Below, piece after piece: positions 48,029 through 58,800 of a stretch of 64,000 nt of DNA. The position numbers were made by a program, and so were the translations under genes. Under the pieces are notes generated by a model. The model was not told the DNA's origin and made no database searches. It worked only from the letters and a program-made list of their open reading frames with translations. Source of the stretch: Candidatus Krumholzibacteriota bacterium. Its GTDB lineage: Bacteria; Krumholzibacteriota; Krumholzibacteriia; JAJRXK01. Numbering within the stretch: position 1 is the stretch's first letter; each line of letters opens with the position of its first letter. The DNA is taken from positions 224,001 to 288,000 of the forward strand of contig CAVXTH010000007.1 in NCBI GenBank assembly GCA_963764625.1, read 5' to 3'.

Positions 48029-51000
48029 ATGAACCTCGCGTTCCCGCGGTCCGCGGTCGCCCTTCTGTGCATTCTGGTAACCGCTCGCGTTTCTTCTGCG
48101 AATACCAACCATTACAGCGAGACCTTCAACACCACGACCTACGAGGATGCCGCCAATACGACGGCATGGTGGGATACTGGAACCGGGGAGCTGAAACTCG
48201 CCCCGTTCGCGCCCTCGCTCGTCGGCGCCTACGACACCCCGGGCGACGGGTACAGGGTCGTCGCGGACGGGAACCTTCTTTTCGTGGCGGACGGAGGTGC
48301 CGGACTCACGATCGTCGACATGACCAATCCCGCCAGCCCGACGCTGGTCGGTTCTTACGATACCCCGGGCGTCGCGGCCGATGTCGCGGTCGCGGGGAAT
48401 CTCGTCTACGTGGCGGATACCGGACAGGGACTGCGGATCATCGACGTCACCAATCCCTCCAGCCCGACGCTCGTAGGGACCTTCGGCACGGCCAATAGTG
48501 CCTTTGGAGTCGCGGTGAAGGGCAATCTCGTCTTCCTCGCAGTCAACACCGCGGGCCTTCAGATCGTCAACGTCGCCAACCCGGCCAGTCCCGTTCTGGT
48601 CGGAAGCTACAATACCCCGTACACGGCCTACGACGTGGTGGTGGATGGCGACTACGCCTTCGTCGCCGACGGGTCGACCTTGCAGATCATCGGCATCGCG
48701 AACCCGGCCAGCCCGACGTTGGTCGGGAGCTGCGTGACGACGCCGGGCCAGGCGATGGAAGTCGCGGTGGACGGCGACTACGCCTTCATCGCCAACTACG
48801 CGAACCTCACGATCGTCGACATCACGAATCCGGCGAGCCCGACGGTGGTGGGTTCCTTCGCCTCGGCTGGGCACGTCAACGGCGTGGCGGTGAGTGGCGA
48901 CCGGGCGTTCCTGGCCTGCGACATCGAGGGGCTGAAGGTCCTGGATATCACGGATCCGTCTGCTCCCACGTTGTCGGAAAGCTACGACACGCCGGCAGTC
49001 GCTTACGGCGTCGCCGTATCGGGGACGCGTGCGATCGTCGCCGACGAGTTCGACGGTCTCCAGATCATTCGCCATGCAAGCGAACTGAATCCCCCACAGG
49101 TACTTGGATCCGGCGCGTTGCCATCGTTTACTGGCTTCATGAAGGTGGCGGGCAATCTCGCGTTCGTGACCGGCGACACCGGTCTCTGGATCCTCGACAT
49201 CAGCAATCCCGCGGCGCCTTCGCTCGTCGGCAACTACGACGTGACGTATCCGCAGCAGGGCGTTGATGTCGACCTGGCCGGCAACATGGCGATTCTCGCC
49301 GTCTGGCAGGTGGGCATTCTCACGATCGACATCTCGGATCCCACGAATCCCAAGCTGCTCGGGACTTGTCCCGGAATCTCGGACCCTCTGGCGGTGGTGG
49401 CCGAGGGCAACTTCGCGTACGTGGCGGACAGGGTTTCCGGGCTCGCGATCGTCGACATCAGCAACCCGGCGAGCCCAACCCAGGTCGGCAGCTACGACCC
49501 GACGACGGGTGGATACGACATTGCCGTGAAGGGGCATCTCGCCTATCTCGCGGCGGAGTCGTCAGGGCTCCAGATCCTCGATGTCTCGAATCCCACGGCA
49601 CCGGCGCTCGTCGGTAGCTACGATACCCTACCCGAGCGAGCGGGCGACGTGGCGGTGGCGGGGGACCTGGCCCTCGTTGGCTGTGCCTCGACCAGCGGAA
49701 CCTCCGGATCCTTGAAAGTCGTCGATATTACCAGTGCCGCGAGCCCATCCCTCGTCGGCACCTACTATGTGCCGTCCGGCTACCCGCAGAACGTCACGTC
49801 GTACGGCGATCATGTGCTCATGCGCAAGTCCGGCCACCTTTCGCTCCTCGACCTGAGCAACCCTGCCCTCCCGACCCTCGCGTGGGATTTGGCAAGCGGC
49901 CCCACTCTGGGAAACCCCTATTCGTTTGCAGTCGCGGGAGAAATCGCCTATGTCACGACTTACTGGACCCAGGATGCATTGACGACGCTCCAGATTGCTC
50001 AGCACGATTTCGACGCGGTCCACAATGCCGCCCGCTCGCTCACGGTCGACCCGGACGCCACCCCCATCGTGTGTGCGCAAGTTTCCGCCACGCAGAACGC
50101 CGAGGTCGACTGGGAGATCAGCAACGACGCCGGAGCTTCGTGGGCCAACACGACTCCCGACAACTCGTGGCTGCGCTTTGGAACGGCTTCCTCGGGCCTG
50201 CAGTGGCGCACGACACACTACTGGGCCATGGCTGGCGTCAATCCCTCCGTCTCCGACGTGTCGATCGACTGGCGCTACCAGGGGGCTATCGATCCAGTCC
50301 GTCACCGACGTGCCCGGCGACCAGGGGGGTAGGGTCTACGTCGACTGGCTACGTTCCGGGTACGATTTCGCCGACGAGACGCAGTTCCCGATCTCCGGCT
50401 ACAACCTCTACCGCCGCGTCTCCGGCACCGCGATCGCGGCGGCCGCGGCGAGCGCGAGCGTTCAGCCGGCGAGCGAGCTCCTGACGCCCGATGGCAAGAC
50501 GGCGTGGCCGCTGTCCGGAGCCGAGGTATTCACGGTGGGCGGGCGTACTTATGTTCAAGGAACTGGGATCGGGAAGACGAGCACCGCCACCTTCCCGACC
50601 GGCACGTGGGTGCTGGTCGGAAGCGCGTTCGCGACCCAGAGCGACGCGTACGAGATGGAAGTGACGACCGAGGCGGATTCAAGCGTGTGGGGCATCAACG
50701 ACGCCGTGTTCCTCGTGACCGCGCATACCACGGCGCCTTCGATCTGGTATGTGAGCGAACCCGACAGCGGGCACTCGGTGGACAACATCGCGCCCGCCGT
50801 ACCAACCAACTTCGCGGTGGCCTACAACACCGGCAGCGGCAATTCGCTCTCGTGGGACCCGTCGCCCGACGCGGACTTCCAGTACTTCCGCGTGTATCGC
50901 TCCTCCGATCCGACCTTCGTGCCGACGCCCGCGTCGCTCGCGCAGGAAACGGTGTCGCCGTCCTGGGTGGATCCCGATAACAACGGGGCCGGCATCTACT

Positions 51001-51371
51001 ACAAGGTGACGGCGCTCGACTACGACGGGAACGAGAGCGATCCCGCCGAGGCGGGAACCGTCACTGCGGTCGAGGGAAGGGGTATATCCCGGAGCTTTGC
51101 TCTCTATCCCAACGTACCCAACCCGTTCAACCCCAGGACGGAGATCGCCTTCGACGTACCGGTGAATGGGGGGGCGGTTTCGCTGGTGGTCTACGATGCG
51201 TCCGGGCGGCTCGTGAAGACCCTCGTTCAGGGAACGCTGCCCGCGGGACGGCACACGGCCGAATGGGACTGCCACGACGCGGCGGAACGGCCGGTAGCGT
51301 CAGGGGTCTACTTCTACCGCCTCACGGCTCGAGGGGTCGACCTGCGGAAGAAAATGGTGCTGCTGAAGTGA
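48029..51371 (+). CDS. Secreted LVIVD-repeat protein with FN3-like and FlgD-Ig/T9SS-type C-terminal domain; +1 frameshift at about 50281-50288
   Basis: Signal peptide; many GL.IVDI.NP.SP.LVGSYDTPG repeats; IQSVTDVPGDQGG, SVDNIAP, PNPFNPRTEIAF...KKMVLLK in the second frame. Confidence 0.88.
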
Positions 51372-51419
51372 AATTGAACGGAAGCGGTCAAGCATCGCTC
51401 GTGATACCGCCGCTCTGAT

Positions 51420-51443
51420 GTTCGAATCCTGCCGGGCGCGCCA
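51420..51443 (+). repeat. att-like direct repeat of the tRNA-Arg 3' end (24 bp exact)
   Basis: GTTCGAATCCTGCCGGGCGCGCCA equals 47767-47790. Confidence 0.92.
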
Positions 51444-51552
51444 TACGTTCCAAGGCGCTAGCAAACTGCCGAATCGCGCGATAGGCGCCCAAAGATCACT
51501 CTCCGGCCCTGATTCCCGGTATCCACTCCACCGTAGAAAACAGGACGGCACC

Positions 51553-51578
51553 TTGCCATTTCCTGGCTGCCGGGTGTT
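51553..51578 (+). promoter_or_regulatory. Putative ECF promoter TTGCCA-N15-GTGTT
   Basis: TTGCCA TTTCCTGGCTGCCGG GTGTT, 55 nt upstream of ATG 51634. Confidence 0.6.
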
Positions 51579-51633
51579 TCCCTTTCGAACGCATGCTCGT
51601 CTCTCCACCGAGCACGTCTCGAAAGGACACGCC

Positions 51634-53661
51634 ATGCCCAGGCATACCCCGCTCATCATCGCTCTCTCTACCGTCCTCCTGTTCGCAGCGTCCGCGGTGA
51701 ACGCCCAGCCCCAGACGGTGAGCTACCAGGGTGAGCTAAAAACGAACGGCCAACCCTTCAGTGGCGTGGCCAACTTCAAGTTCGCCATCGTCGAATCCTC
51801 CGGAACCACGCTCTGGTCGAACGACAATACGAGTTCGACTGGCAACGAACCCACCTCGTCGACGCCGCTCAACGTCGACAACGGCATCTTCAGCGTGCAA
51901 TTGGGAGACCCATCTTTGGGCCAAACTCCGATTTCCGCCGATGGATTCGCGCTCAACGGCCAGCCCTTCCTCCGGATCTGGGTGGATACTGGTTCTGGAT
52001 TCGAGCAGCTCAGTGATGCGCCCATCTCGGGCACGCCCTACGCGCTCGTGTCCGACATCGCGAGCCGTGCCCTGACAGACTTCGATGTGCCGCAGACGCT
52101 GACGGCCGGCATCGTCTCCACGGGGGAATTCGCGATGCAAAGCGGCGCGTCGGCGGGCTACGTGCTCACCTGCGATCAAAACGGGAACGGCAACTGGCAA
52201 CCAGCTCCCTCGGGTGGCAGCGACAACGATTGGCTGTTTCTAGGCAACGACCTGGCCGCCAACGTGATCGGAAACGTGGGCATCGGGATCGTGAACCCCT
52301 CGGCCAAGCTCCACGTCTTGGGCACGAGTCGCTTCGAGGTCACACCGGGGCAGTGGATCGAAGCATCCACACCTCAGGGTTCACCGGGATTCATCGCTTC
52401 CGCACCCAACTCGCACCGGCGCGACATCCGCTTCGACGATCAGGGACTGCGTCTGTTGGTAGGTGACTCATCTTCAGCCCCCTCCGATAGTTCGGGTCTG
52501 GTCATCGACGAGCTGGGCTTGGTGGGAATCGGAACGGCAAACCCGACCACGCTCCTCGATGTCAGCGGCATCACTCGTTCGGATGAGTTGTGGCTCGGGA
52601 TACGCCAAGGCTTTGGGCCGCGCATGATCCTGGGCGGAGACGGGATCTTGGGCGGGCTCTTGTTCGTTCGCAACGCGGACACGATCAACTACGGCGTGAG
52701 CATACGAGGTGGAATCCGCGGCGGCGGCGGCTCCGTCACGGTCAGCAATCAGGGGGGCACCAATACCGTCGAGCTCTATGGCGAGCAGAGCTACGGCGGT
52801 CGCGTCGCAGTTGGCAACGGCGCGGGCGACACTGGTTTCATCGATGGAAACGTGGGCGGCGGTGCGCAGCTTCGCCTGACAAACGACAACTGGGACACAA
52901 CCTTCAGCGTCACCGGTCAGGCCTATAGTTCTGGCAGCCAGACCCGCATGTACGACTCGAGCGGCACGCTGCGGCACGAGTGGACCGCCGGAAACAGCGA
53001 GTGGAAGAGCTTCGATTCCTCGGGAAATCTAAGGATCCAGAGCTCCGGCGCCGGAGCAGGCGGCACCATGACCTACTACCAGTCCAGTGGGCAGGGCGGT
53101 GTTCGCGTCAGCGGGGACTACATCAATCTCGGTGGGCGAATCCAGATCTACGACTCCTCGGGAACGGAAAGCGCGACGATCCTCGGAGAGGACTCCTCGG
53201 GGGGAAGCCGCGTCATCGCCGGCACCTTCGAGGTGAACAATGGGTCGGATCTCTCCGAGAGCTTCGACATCAATGGCGACACGGAAGTCGAGCCGGGAAT
53301 GGTGGTCTGCATCGACCCAGACGACGTTGGCAGACTCATCGAGAGTCGTGAGCCTTATCAGCACACGGTGGCTGGCATCGTCAGCGGCGCGGGGGGAATC
53401 AAACCGGGAATGCTCATGGGCCAGCAAGGCAGCGTCGCCGATGGAAAGCACCCCGTGGCATTGACAGGCCGCGTCTGGACCTGGTGCGACGCGAGTTCGG
53501 CCCCGATCGAGCCTGGTGATCTGTTGACGACCTCCGCCACGCCGGGCCATGCCATGAAAGTCACCGATCACGAGCGCTCGAATGGCGCGATCCTGGGCAA
53601 AGCGATGTCGAGCTTGCGCTCCGGGCGCGGTATGGTCCTCGTTCTCGTGGGCCTGCAGTAG
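51634..53661 (+). CDS. Secreted fibre-like protein (SYQG.L head, GNVGIG repeats, chaperone-like C-terminus)
   Basis: AAGGA RBS, signal peptide, VSYQGEL, GYVLTCDQNGNGNWQ, GNVGIG, DLSESF...PGMVV...VALTGRV...IEPGDLLTTS..GHAM. Confidence 0.75.
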   Translation: MPRHTPLIIALSTVLLFAASAVNAQPQTVSYQGELKTNGQPFSGVANFKFAIVESSGTTLWSNDNTSSTGNEPTSSTPLNVDNGIFSVQLGDPSLGQTPISADGFALNGQPFLRIWVDTGSGFEQLSDAPISGTPYALVSDIASRALTDFDVPQTLTAGIVSTGEFAMQSGASAGYVLTCDQNGNGNWQPAPSGGSDNDWLFLGNDLAANVIGNVGIGIVNPSAKLHVLGTSRFEVTPGQWIEASTPQGSPGFIASAPNSHRRDIRFDDQGLRLLVGDSSSAPSDSSGLVIDELGLVGIGTANPTTLLDVSGITRSDELWLGIRQGFGPRMILGGDGILGGLLFVRNADTINYGVSIRGGIRGGGGSVTVSNQGGTNTVELYGEQSYGGRVAVGNGAGDTGFIDGNVGGGAQLRLTNDNWDTTFSVTGQAYSSGSQTRMYDSSGTLRHEWTAGNSEWKSFDSSGNLRIQSSGAGAGGTMTYYQSSGQGGVRVSGDYINLGGRIQIYDSSGTESATILGEDSSGGSRVIAGTFEVNNGSDLSESFDINGDTEVEPGMVVCIDPDDVGRLIESREPYQHTVAGIVSGAGGIKPGMLMGQQGSVADGKHPVALTGRVWTWCDASSAPIEPGDLLTTSATPGHAMKVTDHERSNGAILGKAMSSLRSGRGMVLVLVGLQ

Positions 53662-53870
53662 CCCCGCACGAAGTCGATTTCCAGAGTGAACTCCCCTGGT
53701 TCCTTGTCGGCCAACAGGAATCCGATCTGTTGGATGTTCTCGGGAATGAGGGGGGATGCATCTCGGACGGTGCGTCCTCGAAAGGTTGGCTCGAACTCAT
53801 GGAAGAGCACTCGAGTGGTCGTCCATTCACCGGCTAGGGATTTCTGCGCTACTGCGAAGGCCCTCACTCC
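53660..53870 (-). pseudogene. C-terminal fragment of a CIA30-family protein
   Basis: GEWTTTRVLFHEFEPTFRGRTV...IQQIGFLLADKEPGEFTLEID; N-terminal two-thirds absent. Confidence 0.65.
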
Positions 53871-53958
53871 GGAAGCCGTGGCCCCATCGACTGCTGGAGT
53901 GGTGGCGGTGGCGGCCTCGGTGCCGCCCTGCGAGCCCCGGAACGAGAGAGTATAGCTT

Positions 53959-53970
53959 CCGGGCGCGCCA
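53959..53970 (+). repeat. Third, shorter copy of the tRNA-Arg 3' end (12 bp)
   Basis: CCGGGCGCGCCA equals 47779-47790; intergenic, followed by hairpin CTGGTATC-GCA-GATACCAG. Confidence 0.5.
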
Positions 53971-54047
53971 AGGACTTACCCTGGTATCGCAGATACCAGA
54001 GAGAAACGGGGTCCTCGGATCATCCCGCCCGAGATGCCAAGCCAGCG

Positions 54048-55154
54048 CTACCTCAGGCCGATGGCGATGAAATCCATGGGTTTGTCCACGTAGTTCGATC
54101 CCTCTCGCACGGTGAACCACACCTGCGTCGTCGAAGTGAACGAGATATTGACATGTGGGTCCGTTCCCCCGTCGAGCTCCGGTGTCGCGGTGACGACCGG
54201 CAGCGCGGGGAACGAGGACGCAAAGATCACCCGGTATTGCCCCGTTCCCACGTGATTGACCGAGAACCCTGTGCCCGAGCTGATGGTGCCGAGTCCGTTG
54301 AATCGACCGCGAATGATGCGGACGTTCTCCTCGCTGCCTGGCGCATAGTATTCGCCGCTACCACCGAGCTTGATGTCGCCGCGCACGTCGAGCTTAACGG
54401 TGGGTGCGGTCGTGCCGATGCCGACATTGCCGCCAGAGGTAGCGTTGAGAACACGGCCGGCAGGGGTAGCCAGAGTCACATCGCCTGCGTCGCAGGAAAG
54501 CACGATACCGTTGTCGAAGCTGCTTCCATCGCCGACATAGCCGATTCGGGTTCCCGTCGCGTCGTCGAAGCCTATCCAAGCAAGATTGTCTATGCCGACC
54601 GACGGACCGTCGATGCGAATGCCCTCTTCAGCGCCGTCGATATGGAGAGTGGTCTGGGGAGCCGTCGTACCGATACCGACATTGCCGGCATCATCCACGT
54701 ATACGGCGTTGGCGGGTGATCCATCTGCGGCATCAAGCGCGAAGGCTGACTTGGCATGGTCCGCCAGTGGTGCCGCCGTGAGCTGCTGACGCGGCGACAG
54801 CACGGTAAACCCGGTCGCATTTCCGCAGTTGAGTCCCGTATCTTGCCGAACTTCGATTTCCAGGTACAGATCCAGGTCCGTTGCGAACTGCTGTCCGAAA
54901 TCTAGCTGTTGGGTGAAGACTCCCGCGGCGACGGTCACGTTGTCCGCACACAGGGTCGTTCCCACTTGCGTCCCGCCGGCATCCGCATCGAAGAGGCTGA
55001 AGCGCAGGTCGTAAAGTCCGTCGGCCGGCGCATCGTCCTGGTGAAGCTGTCCCTGGTAGGTGAAGGCCGTACTCAGCGCGAACGCGCGGGAGCCGATGAC
55101 GACAAGCGTCATCGTCATGAGAAGAATGAAAACTCTCGAGCCGAACTTATCCAC
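54048..55154 (-). CDS. Secreted fibre-like protein (TAFTYQGQL head, GNVGIGT repeats)
   Basis: AGGAG RBS, signal peptide, TAFTYQGQL...YDLRFSLFDA..GG, LSPRQQLTAAP, two GNVGIGTTAP. Confidence 0.78.
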   Translation of the reverse strand: MDKFGSRVFILLMTMTLVVIGSRAFALSTAFTYQGQLHQDDAPADGLYDLRFSLFDADAGGTQVGTTLCADNVTVAAGVFTQQLDFGQQFATDLDLYLEIEVRQDTGLNCGNATGFTVLSPRQQLTAAPLADHAKSAFALDAADGSPANAVYVDDAGNVGIGTTAPQTTLHIDGAEEGIRIDGPSVGIDNLAWIGFDDATGTRIGYVGDGSSFDNGIVLSCDAGDVTLATPAGRVLNATSGGNVGIGTTAPTVKLDVRGDIKLGGSGEYYAPGSEENVRIIRGRFNGLGTISSGTGFSVNHVGTGQYRVIFASSFPALPVVTATPELDGGTDPHVNISFTSTTQVWFTVREGSNYVDKPMDFIAIGLR

Positions 55155-55192
55155 GACGTACTCCTATTGCTGATTGTGTCTTTCCGCTAGTG

Positions 55193-55783
55193 TTACTTGA
55201 CGAGCAGTGCCTTTTGAGTGGCCTGGCGCCCGTCTGCGTCGATGCCCACGATGTAGGTTCCGCTCGCCACCGTCGCACCATTGCCGTCTGTGCCGTCCCA
55301 GTGGCTGAGGTGATGTCCAGCGAGGAAAGTACCCGCTTCGAGAACGCGCACGAGTTCGCCCCGCAAGTTGTAGACCTTCAAACTGACCCTGCCGGGATGG
55401 GGGAGGTCGAACGCGATCTGCGTGCTAGGGTTGAAGGGATTGGGTGTGGCCTGGTAGAGGCGAAACGCGAGGGATACTGCCCCACCAGGACCCCCAGGCA
55501 GATCGCTTACTGCCGTGGCGACCATGGACCCGCCACCGTACCAAAATCCTCCCTCCAGGACGAACGTATCACCCGCGAGCACACCTGCATCGGGCTGGCC
55601 GATCGTTCCGCCGAGCGAGAAGGGACCGCCCGTCGCCGCGGTAACGCCTCCGCCGTCGATCGTGCTCCATGTCAGATCGAATGCACTACCCGACTGGCCA
55701 AAGGAGAGTGACGGTATGCCCGTCGTCAGGAGTAGGGCCAGCACGAACGCAGCCAGCCACATGATCCTCATCTGTCTTGTCAC
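55193..55783 (-). CDS. Small secreted protein (FDLTWSTIDGGG domain) with FlgD-Ig/T9SS-type C-terminal domain
   Basis: GGAGG RBS, signal peptide, FDLTWSTIDGGG...LGGTIGQPDAG...GGFW, PNPFNPSTQIAF...KALLVK. Confidence 0.82.
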   Translation of the reverse strand: MTRQMRIMWLAAFVLALLLTTGIPSLSFGQSGSAFDLTWSTIDGGGVTAATGGPFSLGGTIGQPDAGVLAGDTFVLEGGFWYGGGSMVATAVSDLPGGPGGAVSLAFRLYQATPNPFNPSTQIAFDLPHPGRVSLKVYNLRGELVRVLEAGTFLAGHHLSHWDGTDGNGATVASGTYIVGIDADGRQATQKALLVK

Positions 55784-55815
55784 CACAATGCCTCCTGTAA
55801 GGACGCCTTCATTCG

Positions 55816-58800
55816 TTACCGCACCAGCAACATCTTCCGAGCTCCTACGCCACGTACACCCTCGAGGCGGTAAAGGTACACTCCGCTGGAGAGTGCTTTG
55901 CCGCGTCCATCGCGGCCATCCCACTCCACGCGGTAGGTTCCTGCCTCGCGGGGTCCTTGGTCCAGCCGAGCGACCCTCCGTCCGGCAGTGTCGTAGATGT
56001 CCAGAACCACCGCCTCCAATTGCTCACCAAGGGTGTATTCGATGCTGGTCTTTGGGTTGAACGGATTGGGGAAGTTCTGCGCCAGCGTTGTGCGGAGAAG
56101 GGGAATCGTCACCGTCACGGTAGTTGAGCGCTGTTCATCCCCGCCGGTCGTCTGGACCGCCAGTTGGTATTCGTAGGTGCCTCCGATGGCGACGCCCTCA
56201 TCGAGGTAGATACCGGACGACTCTTGCATGCGCCCGCTCGCAATCGCGACGTCCTGTGCTCCAGGCATATCTCGCCGATATAAAACATATCTTTCTCGCG
56301 GGTCGTTGCTCCACACGTCCCAGCGAAGTTCGACGACGCGTTGCCGTGGACGTGCCTCGAAGTTCGCGAAGCGCACGGGAACCTGCGTATCGGAGAAATG
56401 CGCGATGAAGATGTTGCCGCCGAGCGGACCGCCGCCAAAATCTATGGAGTCGGTATTGTGTCCCAGCACAGAGACTCGATCCGAGCCATCGATCGCCACT
56501 GAAGTCGGAAGCTGTTCGTAGAGTCCTTCGTAGCGTTCGCTCCAGAGGTGGATTCCATCGGAGTCAAAGGCGGCGAGAAAAACGCTGTCACTCCCAGTGC
56601 CCGCCAGCGGACCCCCGCCGAAGTCTACCGCACCGTTCATCGAGCCAGTCAAGACGACCGTACCCGCTGCATTCGCGGTGATTGCCGGTGAGTGTTCGTA
56701 GAAGTGGCTGCCGAAACCGCGACTCCAGCGGTGATTCCCATTTGAGTCGAACGATGCCACAAAGATGTCATCGAAACCCGCGGTATTCAGCGGGCCTCCG
56801 CCGAAATCTACGCTGCCTTGGAATGTTCCCGTGATGATGACGTTTCCCGCTCCATCCGTGGCGACCGAAGCCGCCTGCTGCGGCTCACTGTCCCCGTACT
56901 CATGACTCCAGCGGTGGTTGCCATTGGCGTCGAAGGACGCGACGAACACATCCTGGTCTCCCGCGCTGGTCAGCGGGCCTCCGCCAAAATCTATACTGCC
57001 GGACAGTGAACCAGCGAGTACGACATTTCCCTGGGGATCGACGGCAACTCCATGTGTCGTCTGCTCTCCGATGCCCACAAAACGTTTGCTCCAAAGATGG
57101 TTCCCGTCGGCATCGAAGCTGGCCACGAAAATGTCTTGGCTCGAATCTGTCGCGGATAGGTTGCCACCGCCGAAGTCAACGTCCCCCACCAGGGAACCCG
57201 CGAGGACGACTCTTCCTGCCGCGGCTGTGGCGACAAACGCCAAGATCCTTGAAGTCGCATCGCCGAAACCTCGGCTCCATTGATGATTTCCGTCACCGTC
57301 AAACTTCGCCAGATAGATACTCTCGCCTGGGCTCGTGAGTTCACCCCCACCGAAATCCACGCTGCTCCGGAAGCTTCCCGAGAGGATCACATTACCCACA
57401 CCGTCCACTGCCACGGCTCGACCGGTCTGGGTTCCGCCGTCGCCGAAGCGCCGGTTCCACAGCGCGTTCCCGTTCTCATCGAACTTGGCGACGAAGACAT
57501 CGTAGCCCAGACCACCCGGGAGTACGCCCGTACCGAAATCGACGCTCAGTTGACACCCCCCAGTGATCACGAGATTGTGAGCACCATCGATCGCCATGGT
57601 GCCCGAGTATCCGTACCCGGTCAGCTGGCCCACTCGAAAACTCCATTGATGGCTGCCGCCGTCGTCCAGTTCCGCCACGAAGCCGTGATCGCTGTGTCCG
57701 GCTGCTATAGACCCACCCCCCACATCCACACTGTCACTGAACCCTCCGCTAAAGACGACCTTTCCGGAATCAGCTGCGGCAATGGAAGTGCCCAATGAGT
57801 ACTTGGGTCCTGCAAAGCCCTTGCTGAAGCGATGCATACCGTCGCGGTCGAATGAAGCGATGAAGAGTTCTTCGGCACTCGGGCTCGTCAGGAGGCCCCC
57901 ACCGAAGTCGACACTTTCCTCGAAGAAGCCCGAGATGGTGATGTTGTCGGAGGAATCAATGGTCATTGCCGAGCCGAGTTGGTCGCTACCACCCGAAAAT
58001 GACTTACTCCAACGATGATTGCCATCGCCGTCGAAGGAGGCTAGATAGGCATCGGCCGCATCTACGCTCACGAGCGTGCCGCCTCCGAAATCGACACTGC
58101 CGTTGAAGTAGCCCGTCAGGACAACGTTCTCCGACCCGTCCACGGCGATTCCATAGCAACGCTGGTACTCCGCATCGCCGAACTGTCGGCTCCAGAGGTG
58201 ATTGCCCTGGTCGTCGTACTTGGCCAGAAAGATGTCGTCGCCGCCGGCGCTGGTGAGCAGCCCATCGCCGAGGTCCATGCTCCCTGAGAACTCACCGGCG
58301 ATGATGACGTTACCGGAAGCGTCCATCGCCACAGTGTTGCAGCGCTGGAAGGTGTCGTCACCGGCGCTTCGGCTCCAGAGGTGGCTTCCGTCTGCGTCGA
58401 ATTCGACGACGAAGATATTGATCTGTGCCCCGCTGACGAGTGGACTGCCTCCAAAATCCAAGGTGCCGTTGAAGTAGCCAACGACGGCGATGTTGTTCGC
58501 GTCGTCAGCCGCGACGGCGATGCCATACTGATTTTTACTGTCGCCGAATCGCTTGCTCCACTGGTGGTTACCGTCTGGGTCGAACTTTGCGACGAAGATA
58601 TCATCGTTGCCGGCGCTTGTCAGAATCCCGCCACCGAAGTCAACGCCATACCGAAACTGTCCTACGATGATGATGTTGCCCGATCCATCCACAGCCACGG
58701 AATTACAGAACTCGTAGCCGAACCCTCCAAATGACCGGCTCCAAAGGTAGTTTCCCTGCGCGTCGTACTTGGCCAGAAAGATGTCGTCGGCACCGGCGCT

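Larger units (their letters stand above)
47767..51443. mobile_element. Integrase-less tRNA-linked islet carrying a single gene
   Basis: Bounded by 24-bp direct repeats; no recombinase ORF inside. Confidence 0.65.

Noticed and set aside
47936-49537. 533-aa minus-strand ORF, and similar long antisense or alternate-frame ORFs (8145-9530, 26243-27229, 35399-36577)
   Set aside because: Shadows of well-supported genes caused by high-GC codon bias; no recognisable motifs
51634-55154. Prophage remnant inferred from tail-fibre-like repeats next to att-like sites
   Set aside because: Both proteins have signal peptides and there are no capsid, terminase, portal, lysis or integrase genes
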